A model generated the notes under the pieces. It had not been told where the DNA came from. It did not search any database and worked only from the letters and a program-made list of their open reading frames with translations. A stretch of DNA of 63,949 nt, the filler included, from Reticulomyxa filosa (lineage: Eukaryota > Protista > Foraminifera), in assembly GCA_000512085.1 (NCBI GenBank). It is 17 parts of 17 records of this genome, joined end to end, with 100 filler letters (N's around TTAATTAATTAA, not from the genome) between each part and the next. Parts side by side here need not be neighbours in the genome. Positions count along the whole stretch, not along the records: positions 51,772 to 58,928 come from ASPP01016358.1; positions 59,029 to 60,181 come from ASPP01026184.1; positions 60,282 to 61,695 come from ASPP01011380.1; positions 61,796 to 62,795 come from ASPP01042175.1; positions 62,896 to 63,949 come from ASPP01006010.1; 12 more parts are not named here. One strand, 5' to 3'. Positions 53,443-63,949 of this stretch are shown here, one piece after another. Every line of letters starts with the position of its first letter. The first letter of the stretch is position 1. A program made the position numbers and the translations under genes.

Positions 53443-54628
53443 CGTACATATATAAAGGATCGCTACAACGTTCGTAAAGCCTTCCGCGCAAAACCTGGGA
53501 TAAACTTGTAGTGGCTGATTATGCGCAGTTGGAATTGCGCATATTGGCTTGCTGTCAGACTGTCGCTATATGATTGACACGTTTAACGAAGGTGGGGATT
53601 TCCACAGTCGAACGGCAGCCTCGATGTACCCATACATCGAGCAAGATATAAAAAATGGGAAGTTGTTTTTGGACAATTTACACCAAAAGCAAAGCGCGAC
53701 AAAAGGAATAAATGATATCCCACTGTTGAAGCAAAGGTATGCAAAAGAGCGTCATTATGCGAAAGTAATAAACTTCAGCATCGCATACGGTAAAACGGCG
53801 CAAGGATTGGCCGAAGACTGCCAAGTGTCCATAAACGAAGCACGAGCATTAATGGACGCATGGTACGAGTGTCGTCCCGAAGTTCGAAAATGGCAACGCA
53901 ACTCCATGGTCAAGGCCATTGAGACCGGTCAATGTTATACCATGTTAGGAAGACCTCGCAGTTTGTTTGATTTCGCGTATGCTGGTGGAGTTGGTCGTTA
54001 TAGATATCACAATGATAATGATGATGATGATGATGATGATGGTAGTGATGATGGTAATTATGATAGTGATGATGATAATTATGATAGTGATGATGATAAT
54101 AGTGATGGGAATGATAGCTATAGAAATAGTAATCGTAACAGTCATAACAATAGTGACAACCATCCCGAACAATTGTTCAAACAGTTTGGCAACAAAATAA
54201 TCCATACAAAATTCGTAAAGTTTATCAAAAATGAAACACTTCAGAAGGATGTGGCATTGCTGTGGAAAAAATTTCGCAGGGACAATATCAGAGACTTTGC
54301 CAATGTCAATCATAACTTCTTGCTCAGCTCACGACAATTGAGCCAGAAAATGCGGCAGGCTATTAACACACCTATTCAAGGAAGTGCCGCAGACATTGTC
54401 GTCAAAGCGATGCTCAACGTGTGGAATGACAAGGAAATCCTCAATTGTGGGTATCAACTCATCTTGCAAATACACGACGAAATCATTCTCGAAGGTCCGC
54501 AAGAACATGCCGAACACGTCAAAGCTATTGTCATCAAAAACATGGAAAATATATGGCTTGGCATGGACGACAGTATCCGCTTTTCTGTTGATGCCAAAGT
54601 TGTTGATTATTGGAGTGAATTCAAATAA
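51830..54628 (+). CDS. POP: Family-A DNA polymerase, POP (plant/protist organellar polymerase) type, 5' truncated, three apparent 1-nt deletions
   Basis: Exonuclease GFFADTMHM and YAAQDAETTYHLF; WQSFGQLLVEIESTG; LNLNTETGRLSSRSPNLQNQPA; motif A VADYAQLELRILA; GGDFHSRTA; motif B AKVINFSIAYGKT; RQAINTPIQGSAAD; motif C LQIHDEIILEGP. Confidence 0.93.
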
Positions 54629-56132
54629 AAACATTGAATTTAACTCGTTCTTCTTTTTACATTGCAAATGTTGTTAACTGCAGTAATCTTGTTTTAACAG
54701 CAAGTATAGTCGTTAATGGATGTCCCCTTTTTTTTTTTTGAAAAAGTGAATTTTACATTCCAAAATTCAAACAAAGCAAACAATGTTTTATGCGAAAATT
54801 GCCACATTTTTGTTTGCATTTTTTGGCCAATAATGGAAATACGACTTTTGATAATCAATCTTTGGCAGTTGGCCGTAGTTGCGAAAAACCGCTGAGACAA
54901 AGGTAAGTGTAAAATTGGGATAATTTTTTGGATCATAAAGGCTAAGTCCTTTTTGATTGGCGTGGCTTGTTCCCTTGTCCACAACATCCTAATTTGTAAC
55001 GACAAAGAACGACAATAAGTCAGCGCAACATTAAACATAACTCTGCTTTGCGGGAGTGCTTTTACACAACTTCGAACAGAGTTTACGGACTGGTTAGAAA
55101 AGAGCCTTTTTGTTTGAATCTCAAACGAAAGGATGCCCTTTTGAAGCAGTGCTGGAGTGCTCTTGGCGTTGAATTTATTCAACTGCAAAAAAGACACGCC
55201 TCAAGTTTCTTATGGCACCAGTTGTTCGCTGTGTCCGACATTTTATTGTTTTTCCCTCAAAAAATAGACATTTTTTTATGCTGTGAAACACAGTGACCTG
55301 GAAGTGAATCAAGTTGATTTTCTCAACCTGTAGGCTGTTCTTTTTGAAGATTTTTGTTAGTATTGATCATTGAGGATCTGGATTGTATTTAAATGGCATT
55401 TCTTTGTTCGACTCTTTATAAAAAAGATTAACTTAAAAGATAGAAAATTATTATCACTTTATTTCTTATACAAAGCCAAGCTCAGTCTATCCATTTCGCA
55501 ATAAATTTTTTAGCTTTTTTGTTTCAAATTGTATGCTTTGCCGAAATCGAATCACTTGTAGCAAATTCCAAAAAAAGTCATTTGAAAACCAATTGTATAT
55601 TGATCTGTATATTGTTTATTGTCGAATGCGTAGAAAAAGTTTAATTACATGGATCGTAATGAAAAAAGATATCTAATAAATTATTTTCTGTTAAATACTT
55701 GGTTTATGTTGATTTGGCATCAGCACTGTGACTTTATTTGCTTTTTTTTGTAATAAGAAAAGCTTTGCCCATTTTGCTTTATTGATTGGATATTTGATAG
55801 TTAAAAAAAAATCAAACTTGAAATTACTAAAATTACAATATCTAACGAAATTACATTTGGATTAAAATAGGTTTGTCAGAGTTAAATTGGAAACAACGAT
55901 AGAACAAAGAGACTTGAAACAATGAAACGAAATGAAAGCTAGCTACATGACTTTGTCACAATAATTTGCATTTTTGCAGTGCTTCAAACGAAAAAACGGC
56001 TTGTAGTTACCCGGCAACAAGAAAATGCCAGAAACCTTTGGAGAACAGTCATTTGCAAGAAGAGCATTTTCTGTTTTAGTTTTTTCTTCAAAAGCAAAAA
56101 AAATAGATTGGGGTTTGAACTGGAAGTTAGGT

Positions 56133-58008
56133 CTATAAGGAGCAGGCCCATTTCTGCAAGTAACTTTGCAATGTTCCAGTCATGGCAAGCACGGCTTGAA
56201 CAAATACGCCGATATAAATGACCCAGCGAGCATGTTTCCAAATCCATAAATAAACCAACACCCAAAAGGCCTGCATAACTAAGGAGATGAGATAACGAGC
56301 TTTTGGTATCCCTATTCAAGTCATTCATAAATAAGGAGCGTGAACAAATGAGGTATTCTGTCTGTTTATTCAAAAAAAGGCAAAGTAATATAAAATAGAA
56401 AACTACACCTGATATATCAATTTTTGGTGGTGCAATCTTCCATCCATTGATGATTTTCGTACCACAAACCCAATCGTATTTCTTTAAGTAAAAAGGATCG
56501 TTGCACAAAGTCGGTAAGTGCTTCCATTTCAAGTTTCATTTGGCTATCATCTTTTGATTGTTGTTTCGAATCAGAAGAAGAAGAAGAAGAAGAAGTGGGA
56601 TCATTGTTTTGATAAAACAATTCAGGAGGAAGTTCAGTGAGTGGACTGTAAAACACATTTCCAATATCGGATTCAGACTGTTGTAGTGAAGGCAGGACAT
56701 TCTCCTTGTATTGTTTTACTATTGACTCCAAAGTGAAACATTCCAAATGGAATAACACACGTCGTGGCCAACGTCCTTGCACAAATAATGCTTCGTTACC
56801 TCTTTCGTTCTCTTCATAATCTACATAGCCCTTTTTTTTTTTAATAATAAAAAAAAAACAAAACAAAAATGCCTTAAAAAAAAAGGAAACAAAACGTAAA
56901 CGTAACGATTGTCAAGTCGACAATACAATACAAATCATCGCCAATGGTGTGAACTAAATTGGTTGCACCCAGAGTTCGTGGATGTAACACTATTTTCGAA
57001 AAACAATGAAAGGGGGGGGGGGAGGGGGAGGAAAAAAAAAGACTTATAAAAGGAAAGAATGTCTTACATATACATATACCCATGTAAATAAAATAAAAAA
57101 AATATTTATATTAATAAACAAATACCGTAGTGATATCTCGGCAAGTTATTGGCATCAGCGAACAGCCAGGATTTGAGTAGCGCTTTATCGTAGAGATCGG
57201 TCCCCTCGGGATAAAAGAGGAAGACGGTACGACTTGTGCGGTCACTGATGACGTTGCAGTAAAAGCGGATCAAATCGTTGAATGAGCGCGAGTCTTGTGT
57301 CCACTTGCGGTTCATAAAGATGGACATCCATTGGACCATCCAACCCAAAATGGGCACTTGACGAATGCCCATCTTCATCACAATGACCAAGTAAGAGCAG
57401 AGGTGCAGTCTTACCAACGCGAGCCACGACATCATCCAATCTTGTCGGGTGCGATGATTCGACATCAACACAATGCTGCCTCGGCCTGTGTAATCGCCGC
57501 TTACGTACCACTTCAACAACTCGTACGTCACCGGAGTGCAAGTCAACATCACTTTGATGTTGCAACCGTACTCCAAGACAAATGCCAAATATGTAAATAA
57601 CATACTATTGTAATGCATTCGTTTTTGCGTTGTTTTTTTTTTTTTTTTTTCTCACAAAAAAAAACAAAGTTTCTATGTTGAACCATTTTGTACCAATGTC
57701 TTAAGTAGTCAACATTGTTTAATGCATAAAAAAATACTACTACTACTACTCTCTCTTTCTCTCAACTTGCACCAATAATAACCCAACCATACACGATACC
57801 CCGGATGCCTTGCAAGAAGAAACAAGGCTGCAATCCATGGCACAATCCCGACGTGCACCCACAGACTAAACAGCAGCAGTAGCACTAGCGACGCCCCGTA
57901 ACACAAGCGCAAGAAATCAATCACATATTCTCCAGGTTTTGCAAAGGCCTTCCATATTTTCTCTTTTGGAATACCATAATCTTGAGGATTCAACACATCC
58001 GAAACCAT
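56133..58008 (-). CDS. Lysophospholipid acyltransferase, lysocardiolipin acyltransferase (LCLAT1/AGPAT8)-like
   Basis: Catalytic NHRTRQDW, FMNRKWTQD, FYPEGTDL, VLHPRTLG and IVDLTI|GY, with N- and C-terminal TM segments over several exons. Start and last junction uncertain. Confidence 0.85.
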
Positions 58009-59073
58009 TATTTCAACTTCATCACCCTTTCCCTCCTCACCCCTCGTTGTCACTCTTTCCTGGTCAATGTCACTTATGCATTAAAGCATCTCGACTGCAA
58101 CGACGGCAATGACAATGACAGTAATATGATGTCAATAACGACGATAATTGACAACTGGAACATATCACGAATAACGAACAACTGGAACATCGACTCTGGT
58201 TTATACTATCTTGCTTCAAGAAAGATATTTAGTAATGCTAAATGGCTCTCAATATGACTGTTTTTGGATAAACTCGTATTACTTTTCATTGTCGTTAAAG
58301 TGTAAGAATAATAATAAAAAATCAATCAAAAGACTCCATTTTTGGATCAAAATGATGTTTTGGAATTTATCCATTAAAAGATACTGGATATAGTCAAATC
58401 ATAAAGCAGCTTTGACTTGGATATCATATACAATTTTTATTCAGCTGATTGCATTGGACGTCATTATTGTTGTTTCTTGTACGCATTTTTTTCTTGCCTG
58501 AAAAAAGAAAATTATCGATTTTTATCTTTTAATAAAAAATGAACGTATAACTCTGTCAAAGTTTGTTTATTTCAAGAAATATCATGCAAAAGAGAGCCAT
58601 GTACACAAATGAAGAGTTGAAAAAAATGGCTTGCTTTGCATTTGAACTGACTGACAACGATGTTTCTTCTATCAAGCAATTAAAAATTCAGAGGCAGAAA
58701 AGAGCGAGAAGAAGGCTTGGTTGAGGTCATTGTGTTCTGATTATACTAATGTCTTTTATGTATGTTCCAGCGCCAAATAATAATAACAATAAAAAAAAAC
58801 TACGCTCCAAGTTGCCACTAACAAAGAACTGTCAGTATATTACCGAAAAATTTGTCTTACTGAACTTTTATGTTATATGTGTCATTAAGACGCTCGATTT
58901 CTCCCCGTTTGAAGAAAAAATTTGACCANNNNNNNNNNNNNNNNNNNNNNNNNNNNNNNNNNNNNNNNNNNNTTAATTAATTAANNNNNNNNNNNNNNNN
59001 NNNNNNNNNNNNNNNNNNNNNNNNNNNNTTTTTTTTTTTTTTTTTTTTTTCAAACTTTTATGTGTAGATCGCA

Positions 59074-59319
59074 GATAAATTGAACACGACATTGTCCGTC
59101 TTGGCAGTGGCTTGGTGCTTGAAAAACAAAAACGTTTCGGTGATCTTGCTGGGTGCAAAACGAGTCGAGCAATTAGAAGAAACTTATGCCTCAATTAAAC
59201 TTCAAGATAAATTAACTCCAGACATTCTGAAGGAAATTGAAAAAATACTCAATAATAAACCCATTGAGGATCCTGCTTTGTACGGCTCTTTCTTAAGAAA
59301 TCCCAATGCTCGCTTGTAG
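59074..59319 (+). CDS. Aldo-keto reductase (Kv-beta-like), last exon
   Basis: LSVLAVAWCLKNKNVSVILLGAKRVEQLEET...LTPDILKEIEKILNNKP. Confidence 0.85.
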   Translation, partial: DKLNTTLSVLAVAWCLKNKNVSVILLGAKRVEQLEETYASIKLQDKLTPDILKEIEKILNNKPIEDPALYGSFLRNPNARL

Positions 59320-60439
59320 TGCATGGAAAAAAAGAAATCAGACAAATCAATTATTTCAACTACTGTCTGCGAACTTGATTTTTCTCATGAAAACAATAAT
59401 ATTTACAACTTTAAATGGTTCATTCATATATTTTTCTTTCAATGAAAAATTAACTTGATATTGTAACAAAAGATGTTACTTCGAACATCATCTTCACTTT
59501 AAAAAAAGAAACATAATTTTTTATCACCACTTTCAATCGAATTTCTTTTGGTTCAAACATATTACCTGACTTTTCAATCTCTACACTATGTTAGAGATAC
59601 CCTAGTAGGTATTTTTTTTACTTTAGAGCCTATTCTATTGCGAGATGAAGTGAAAATACTTACGTTATACGAAATAAATTTTAAACTTTGCTTGCACTTA
59701 AAGTACGCTTCTTATTTAGTCGCAGATCTTTTGTGAGTTAAGATTTGCTTATTTTTGCTGTTAAATGCTTTTTAATCTTAAAATATTGATGTCTTATTCA
59801 ATGTGTGTCACTATTAATGAGAATTCATTTGTGTTGTTACAATCCTCAGTATAACATTTTTTGTCTTTTGATTGTTTATTGTTATTCGGCTGGTCCTTCC
59901 GCAAAGAGTTACTCTGTAGCTGGCTGTAAAACACGAACTCATAGTATTGGAGAAACAAACTTTCCTTTTTCCCCTAAAATCTGTGAGTTGCAGTTGGATT
60001 TGTTGAACTGATACTTTTTTTTCATTCAGTCAATGAACCACTCAGTTGAGTAGAATGCTGTATTTTTATGAAGAGGAAACAGTGCTCAATGTTTTTTTTT
60101 TGCTCCTCTCCCCCTTCAAAGAAACCGCCCCTTCTCTCCCTTTCTTCTCCCCCTTTTTTAAAAAATTTCTCCCTCCCCCCCNNNNNNNNNNNNNNNNNNN
60201 NNNNNNNNNNNNNNNNNNNNNNNNNTTAATTAATTAANNNNNNNNNNNNNNNNNNNNNNNNNNNNNNNNNNNNNNNNNNNNTTTTTCATTTTTTATTTTT
60301 ATTTTTTTTAGAAAGAAAAAATCATATAAAAGATGTAAATATAAAAATAGAGTAAAAAAAAAAAGAGGGAATCAAGAAATTGGACAAAGGAAATATAGAG
60401 CGAGTAAGTGTGTGGTCCATGTTAATGCGCATACATACT

Positions 60440-60868
60440 ATTTTCATATTCTTTGATCAAATCTGGACAGAACAAATTCGATACTGGTTCCCTACGCAAA
60501 TAATTAACAAAAAAAAAAAATACAATACATACATATATATTTTTTTTTTTTTTGAGTGAGATCGACTTTTTTATTTAATGCGGAACACTTACCAAGTTTC
60601 TTGACTTTGTCCAAACCCTTTCCAACGCACTATGCAGAAATGGAGTTCAAAAAAAAAAAAACAACAACAAAAAACAAATCAATTGGGTTTCAATATTTGA
60701 CTTTACTTTTTCAAATTGAGTCAACACACAAGTGCAAACATTAAAGTACTTAACCTCGATATTTAATTCCTTTTTTGTCTCTTTTTTTCCTGTTATTTTC
60801 TCCACTTCATAGAATTCTTCCTCTTTTGTTGAACCTGCGTCATCTTCCACTTTTCCATTCTCACTCAT
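60440..60868 (-). CDS. HP1/Polycomb-like chromodomain protein, N-terminal exons, 3' truncated
   Basis: Exons 60755-60868, 60593-60629 and about 60440-60491 splice to FYEVEKITGKKETKKGIKYR-VRWKGFGQSQETW-EPVSNLFCPDLIKEYE if one base is restored at the run near 60770-60776. Confidence 0.85.
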
Positions 60869-61859
60869 TCTTGTGCCGTTGCTCTTTTCTTCAGCCTCAA
60901 CATTTTCACCAAAAAAAAATCAACACAAACACCACACGTGGCCAAGATCACGTCAACATCTCAACATATTTTTGCAAATACCTATCCAAATATAGCGAAA
61001 GAGAAATCACAAATCCTGACAAAATGAAAATTGTTGCTAAACTAAAAAGTATGAACTTTTTTTCTTTGCCCCCTTTTTGAAGGTGCACAAGGGGCCTTAA
61101 AGAAAAAAAAAATTTTAAAATTATTAGTACCTTTTTTTTGTTATTGTATGGATAGCATCATGAAGGAAATGTACGTCATACAATAGACAATCAGCGCAAC
61201 GAAAAAACTGTTCTAAAAAAAAATTGAAATGAATACTTGCAAAAAAATTAAGTGTAAGTTTTTCGAATGAATATTGTGTATTTTCCTTTATTTTGACAGA
61301 ATTTGATGTTCACTAAAGATGTTTAAAATTTACAATAGGTTAGTGCCGATTTTGCGTTGCGATATTAAAAAATCATTTATCAGCAGTTTCATACATCACA
61401 AGCAGTTTGTGTTTGGGGACAGCAGCCCAAAACAGAAAACTACACAAAATGTTCTTGTATCACTGAATCAATTTTTAAAATAATATTTAAAAACTGCATT
61501 ATTTGTAGATGTTTAAAAATTGATAAATGTTGTTTCTTTATGGAGTATGAGTTTGCAAAAAAAATGGATATACTGCTACTTCATAAACATTTTCGATGTT
61601 TCTAATGTATAACTAATAAGTTCATTGTAGTTTTTTGTTTTTGATGTTTTTTTTTTATCCATTTTAATTTTTGTTTGTTTAAACTTTATTATTAANNNNN
61701 NNNNNNNNNNNNNNNNNNNNNNNNNNNNNNNNNNNNNNNTTAATTAATTAANNNNNNNNNNNNNNNNNNNNNNNNNNNNNNNNNNNNNNNNNNNNATATG
61801 TATATACAAATGTGTGGACTTACATTACATTGAACATAATTTGTATCAAATAAAATTGA

Positions 61860-62400
61860 AAACAAGGAGCAAGTGGAAATGTACAAGCAATAAATAGTGG
61901 AGTACAAAGTGCGCTTGGCTGACAATTGTGCAAATGATATAAACAGAGCCAATGATGTAATCGATGCGAAAGATATAGTGGCTTATTTGGAAATCGAGTT
62001 GTCCAATGCCACTCAAGAGAGAGAAGAGGTGGCTTTGAAATTGCGGGATTGTCGTAACGACATGTCCCGCGTTGCGATTGCAAATCATTGAATTAGAATT
62101 GAAAGCACAGCGACATACTACCAATGGCGCGCAAAGCAAATATCGTAAAGCGGCGAGAGGGAAGCGTCGGAATTGAAGAAATTCGAGTGGAATGTGCAAG
62201 GACATAAGAGATCATTGCCATTGTTACTATTGCAATCCAAGACGGAGTGTTAAAAAAAAATGGCAGACGTGAATGAGCTACAGTTGTAAGTTGTGCAAAA
62301 AGTACAAGATAATGAATAATTGCAGAAACAAATCGATGCCTTTATCCAATATTCCTCCGAACAAAAGAAAAAACTCAAAGGGTATCACACTGCACTCGAA
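61860..62400 (+). pseudogene. Interrupted coiled-coil-like coding relic
   Basis: Heptad-like LEIELSNATQEREEVALKLRDCRND followed by repeated stops and frame breaks without clear intron boundaries. Confidence 0.35.
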
Positions 62401-62896
62401 TAATTACATCACCAAAAGACACATGTAGGGAATAATGATTGTCAAACTCATAAAGTCCATAACTTGAACGTCAGTCGAAAAAATGTTTCCCCCGTGGTGA
62501 ATTTCGTTATTAAAATGACAGAAAGCATAAAAGAGAATGATGAGATATTTAGATTTTTGGAAAATACAATCTTGCGTTGATAGGAAAAAAACAACACAAG
62601 GAGAAGATATTGCAATGTTGGAGCCACAACAATAGAAGAAAGTATTTACGAATATTATTTTGGGTACTCTTTATTCAAATATATGAATCAACAACAAACA
62701 TAATTAAAAAAAAAGGATAAATTGGTGAGATTCAACGTAAATAATGAAAGATTGAAATATTTTAATTTAAAGAGCGTATATGAAATGCTTTGCGANNNNN
62801 NNNNNNNNNNNNNNNNNNNNNNNNNNNNNNNNNNNNNNNTTAATTAATTAANNNNNNNNNNNNNNNNNNNNNNNNNNNNNNNNNNNNNNNNNNNNC

Positions 62897-62950
62897 GAGT
62901 GGTGTTTCCGGAATGACCCGGCCCACGAGTGGCTGCTCGCCAAGCCCTGA
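62897..62950 (+). CDS. iolB: C-terminus of 5-deoxy-glucuronate isomerase (bacterial)
   Basis: EWCFRNDPAHEWLLAKP* matches the IolB terminal W.F.NDP.H.W motif; lies directly upstream of an MMSDH gene. Confidence 0.7.
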   Translation, partial: EWCFRNDPAHEWLLAKP

Positions 62951-63040
62951 GCTGACCCCGTTTCACCCTATACGACCATGGCCGGCCCCTGCGGGGGCTG
63001 CCAGGGCACCCTGTTGCCCGTTCGCTGAGGATACTGCTCC

Positions 63041-63949
63041 ATGAACCGCATCATCTCGCATTACATCGCCGGTCAGCATCAGGCCGGTACCGGCACCCGT
63101 ACCACCCCCGTCTTCAACCCCGCCACCGGCCGCGTGCAGGCCGAAGTGGTGCTGGCCGAACAGGCCGATGTCGATGCCGTGGTGGCGGCAGCCAGTGCCG
63201 CTTTTCCTGCCTGGAGCGAGACGGCGCCGCTGCGTCGTGCCCGCATCCTGTTCAAGTTCAAGATGCTGCTGGAGGCCCGCCAGGACGAGCTGGCTGCACT
63301 GATCAGCAGCGAACACGGCAAGGTGCACGCCGATGCGCTGGGCGAAGTGACCCGCGGTCTGGAAGTGGTGGAGTTTGCCTGCGGCATTCCGCAGCTGCTG
63401 AAGGGCGAGTACACCGAGCAGGTTGGCCGCGGCATTGATGCCTGGACCATGCGCCAGTCGCTGGGCGTGGTGGCCGGTATCACCCCGTTCAACTTCCCGG
63501 CCATGGTGCCGATGTGGATGTTCCCGGTGGCCATTGCCTGCGGTAACACCTTTGTGCTGAAACCGTCCGAGCGCGACCCGTCGGCGGCGCTGTTCATCGC
63601 GGCACTGCTGGAAGAAGCCGGCCTGCCGCCGGGCGTGTTCAACGTGCTGCAGGGCGACAAGCTGGCGGTGGATGGCCTGCTGACCCACCCGGACGTGCAG
63701 GCGGTGAGCTTTGTCGGCTCCACCCCGATTGCGCAGTACATCTATGAAACCGGCGCCCGTCACGGCAAGCGCGTGCAGGCTCTGGGCGGCGCCAAGAACC
63801 ACATGGTGGTGATGCCGGACGCCGACCTAGAGCAGACCGTCGACGCGCTGATGGGCGCCGCGTACGGCTCGGCGGGCGAACGCTGCATGGCCATTTCGGT
63901 GGCCGTGGCCGTGGGCGACGTGGCCGACAAGCTGGTGGCCGCGCTGGGC
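63041..63949 (+). CDS. iolA: CoA-acylating methylmalonate/malonate-semialdehyde dehydrogenase (bacterial), 3' truncated
   Basis: Open frame with no stop, so absent from the ORF track: [63 protein letters not shown]; much more GC-rich than the rest of the window. Confidence 0.95.
   Translation, partial: MNRIISHYIAGQHQAGTGTRTTPVFNPATGRVQAEVVLAEQADVDAVVAAASAAFPAWSETAPLRRARILFKFKMLLEARQDELAALISSEHGKVHADALGEVTRGLEVVEFACGIPQLLKGEYTEQVGRGIDAWTMRQSLGVVAGITPFNFPAMVPMWMFPVAIACGNTFVLKPSERDPSAALFIAALLEEAGLPPGVFNVLQGDKLAVDGLLTHPDVQAVSFVGSTPIAQYIYETGARHGKRVQALGGAKNHMVVMPDADLEQTVDALMGAAYGSAGERCMAISVAVAVGDVADKLVAALG

Noticed and set aside
53965-54345. Intein in the DNA polymerase
   Set aside because: No N-terminal intein block; the HN dipeptides are not followed by C/S/T; no endonuclease motifs.
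8439-54628. TERT, DNA polymerase, RT relic, integrase and pilin genes as one novel replication or mobile system
   Set aside because: They lie on different contigs joined artificially, and some come from different organisms.
54694-55296. 167-aa minus ORF and neighbours downstream of POP
   Set aside because: No recognisable motif or exon pattern; probably intergenic.
8339-62895. Regularly recurring TTAATTAATTAA as a CRISPR-like or biological repeat
   Set aside because: Always centred in 88 Ns; it is a synthetic contig joiner.
62963-63802. Long minus-strand ORFs (279 and 220 aa)
   Set aside because: Antisense shadows of the GC-rich iolA gene.
1-63949. Alternative nuclear genetic code, telomeric arrays, rRNA or tRNA genes
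   Set aside because: Conserved exons translate cleanly in the standard code and genes end in TAA, TAG and TGA; no telomere-type arrays or structural RNA genes were recognisable by eye.

Overview
This window is not one locus. It is 17 unrelated draft contigs joined by an artificial 100-bp linker (N44-TTAATTAATTAA-N44; stops in all six frames), so nothing should be inferred from adjacency across linkers. Fifteen contigs look like an AT-rich, intron-rich protist nuclear genome with GT-AG introns full of poly-A/poly-T and (TA)n/(TATG)n tracts. The style resembles the foraminiferan Reticulomyxa, but that is inference. Recognisable eukaryotic genes: a partial telomerase reverse transcriptase (TERT, minus strand, 8439-12723), a POP-type organellar family-A DNA polymerase, an RF2-type organellar release factor, a PICOT/Grx3 glutaredoxin, an EHD ATPase, two chromodomain proteins, a lysocardiolipin acyltransferase-like gene, a PP2C tail, an aldo-keto reductase tail, a metallophosphoesterase, a UBL-C2 protein, and a >2000-aa DENN protein with three apparent F-BAR domains. 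Decayed mobile DNA: non-LTR RT pieces (one inside a 260-bp inverted duplication), an LTR integrase relic and a MITE-like foldback. Two contigs are bacterial: an AT-rich one with prepilin-like paralogues and an IS1 end (possible endosymbiont), and a GC-rich iolB-iolA fragment (probable contaminant or prey). I found no convincing new multi-gene system. The best novelty candidates are the DENN-(F-BAR)x3 architecture and an intron class with T-rich 5' and A-rich 3' ends and no polypyrimidine tract. All calls come from reading motifs by eye; no database search was run.
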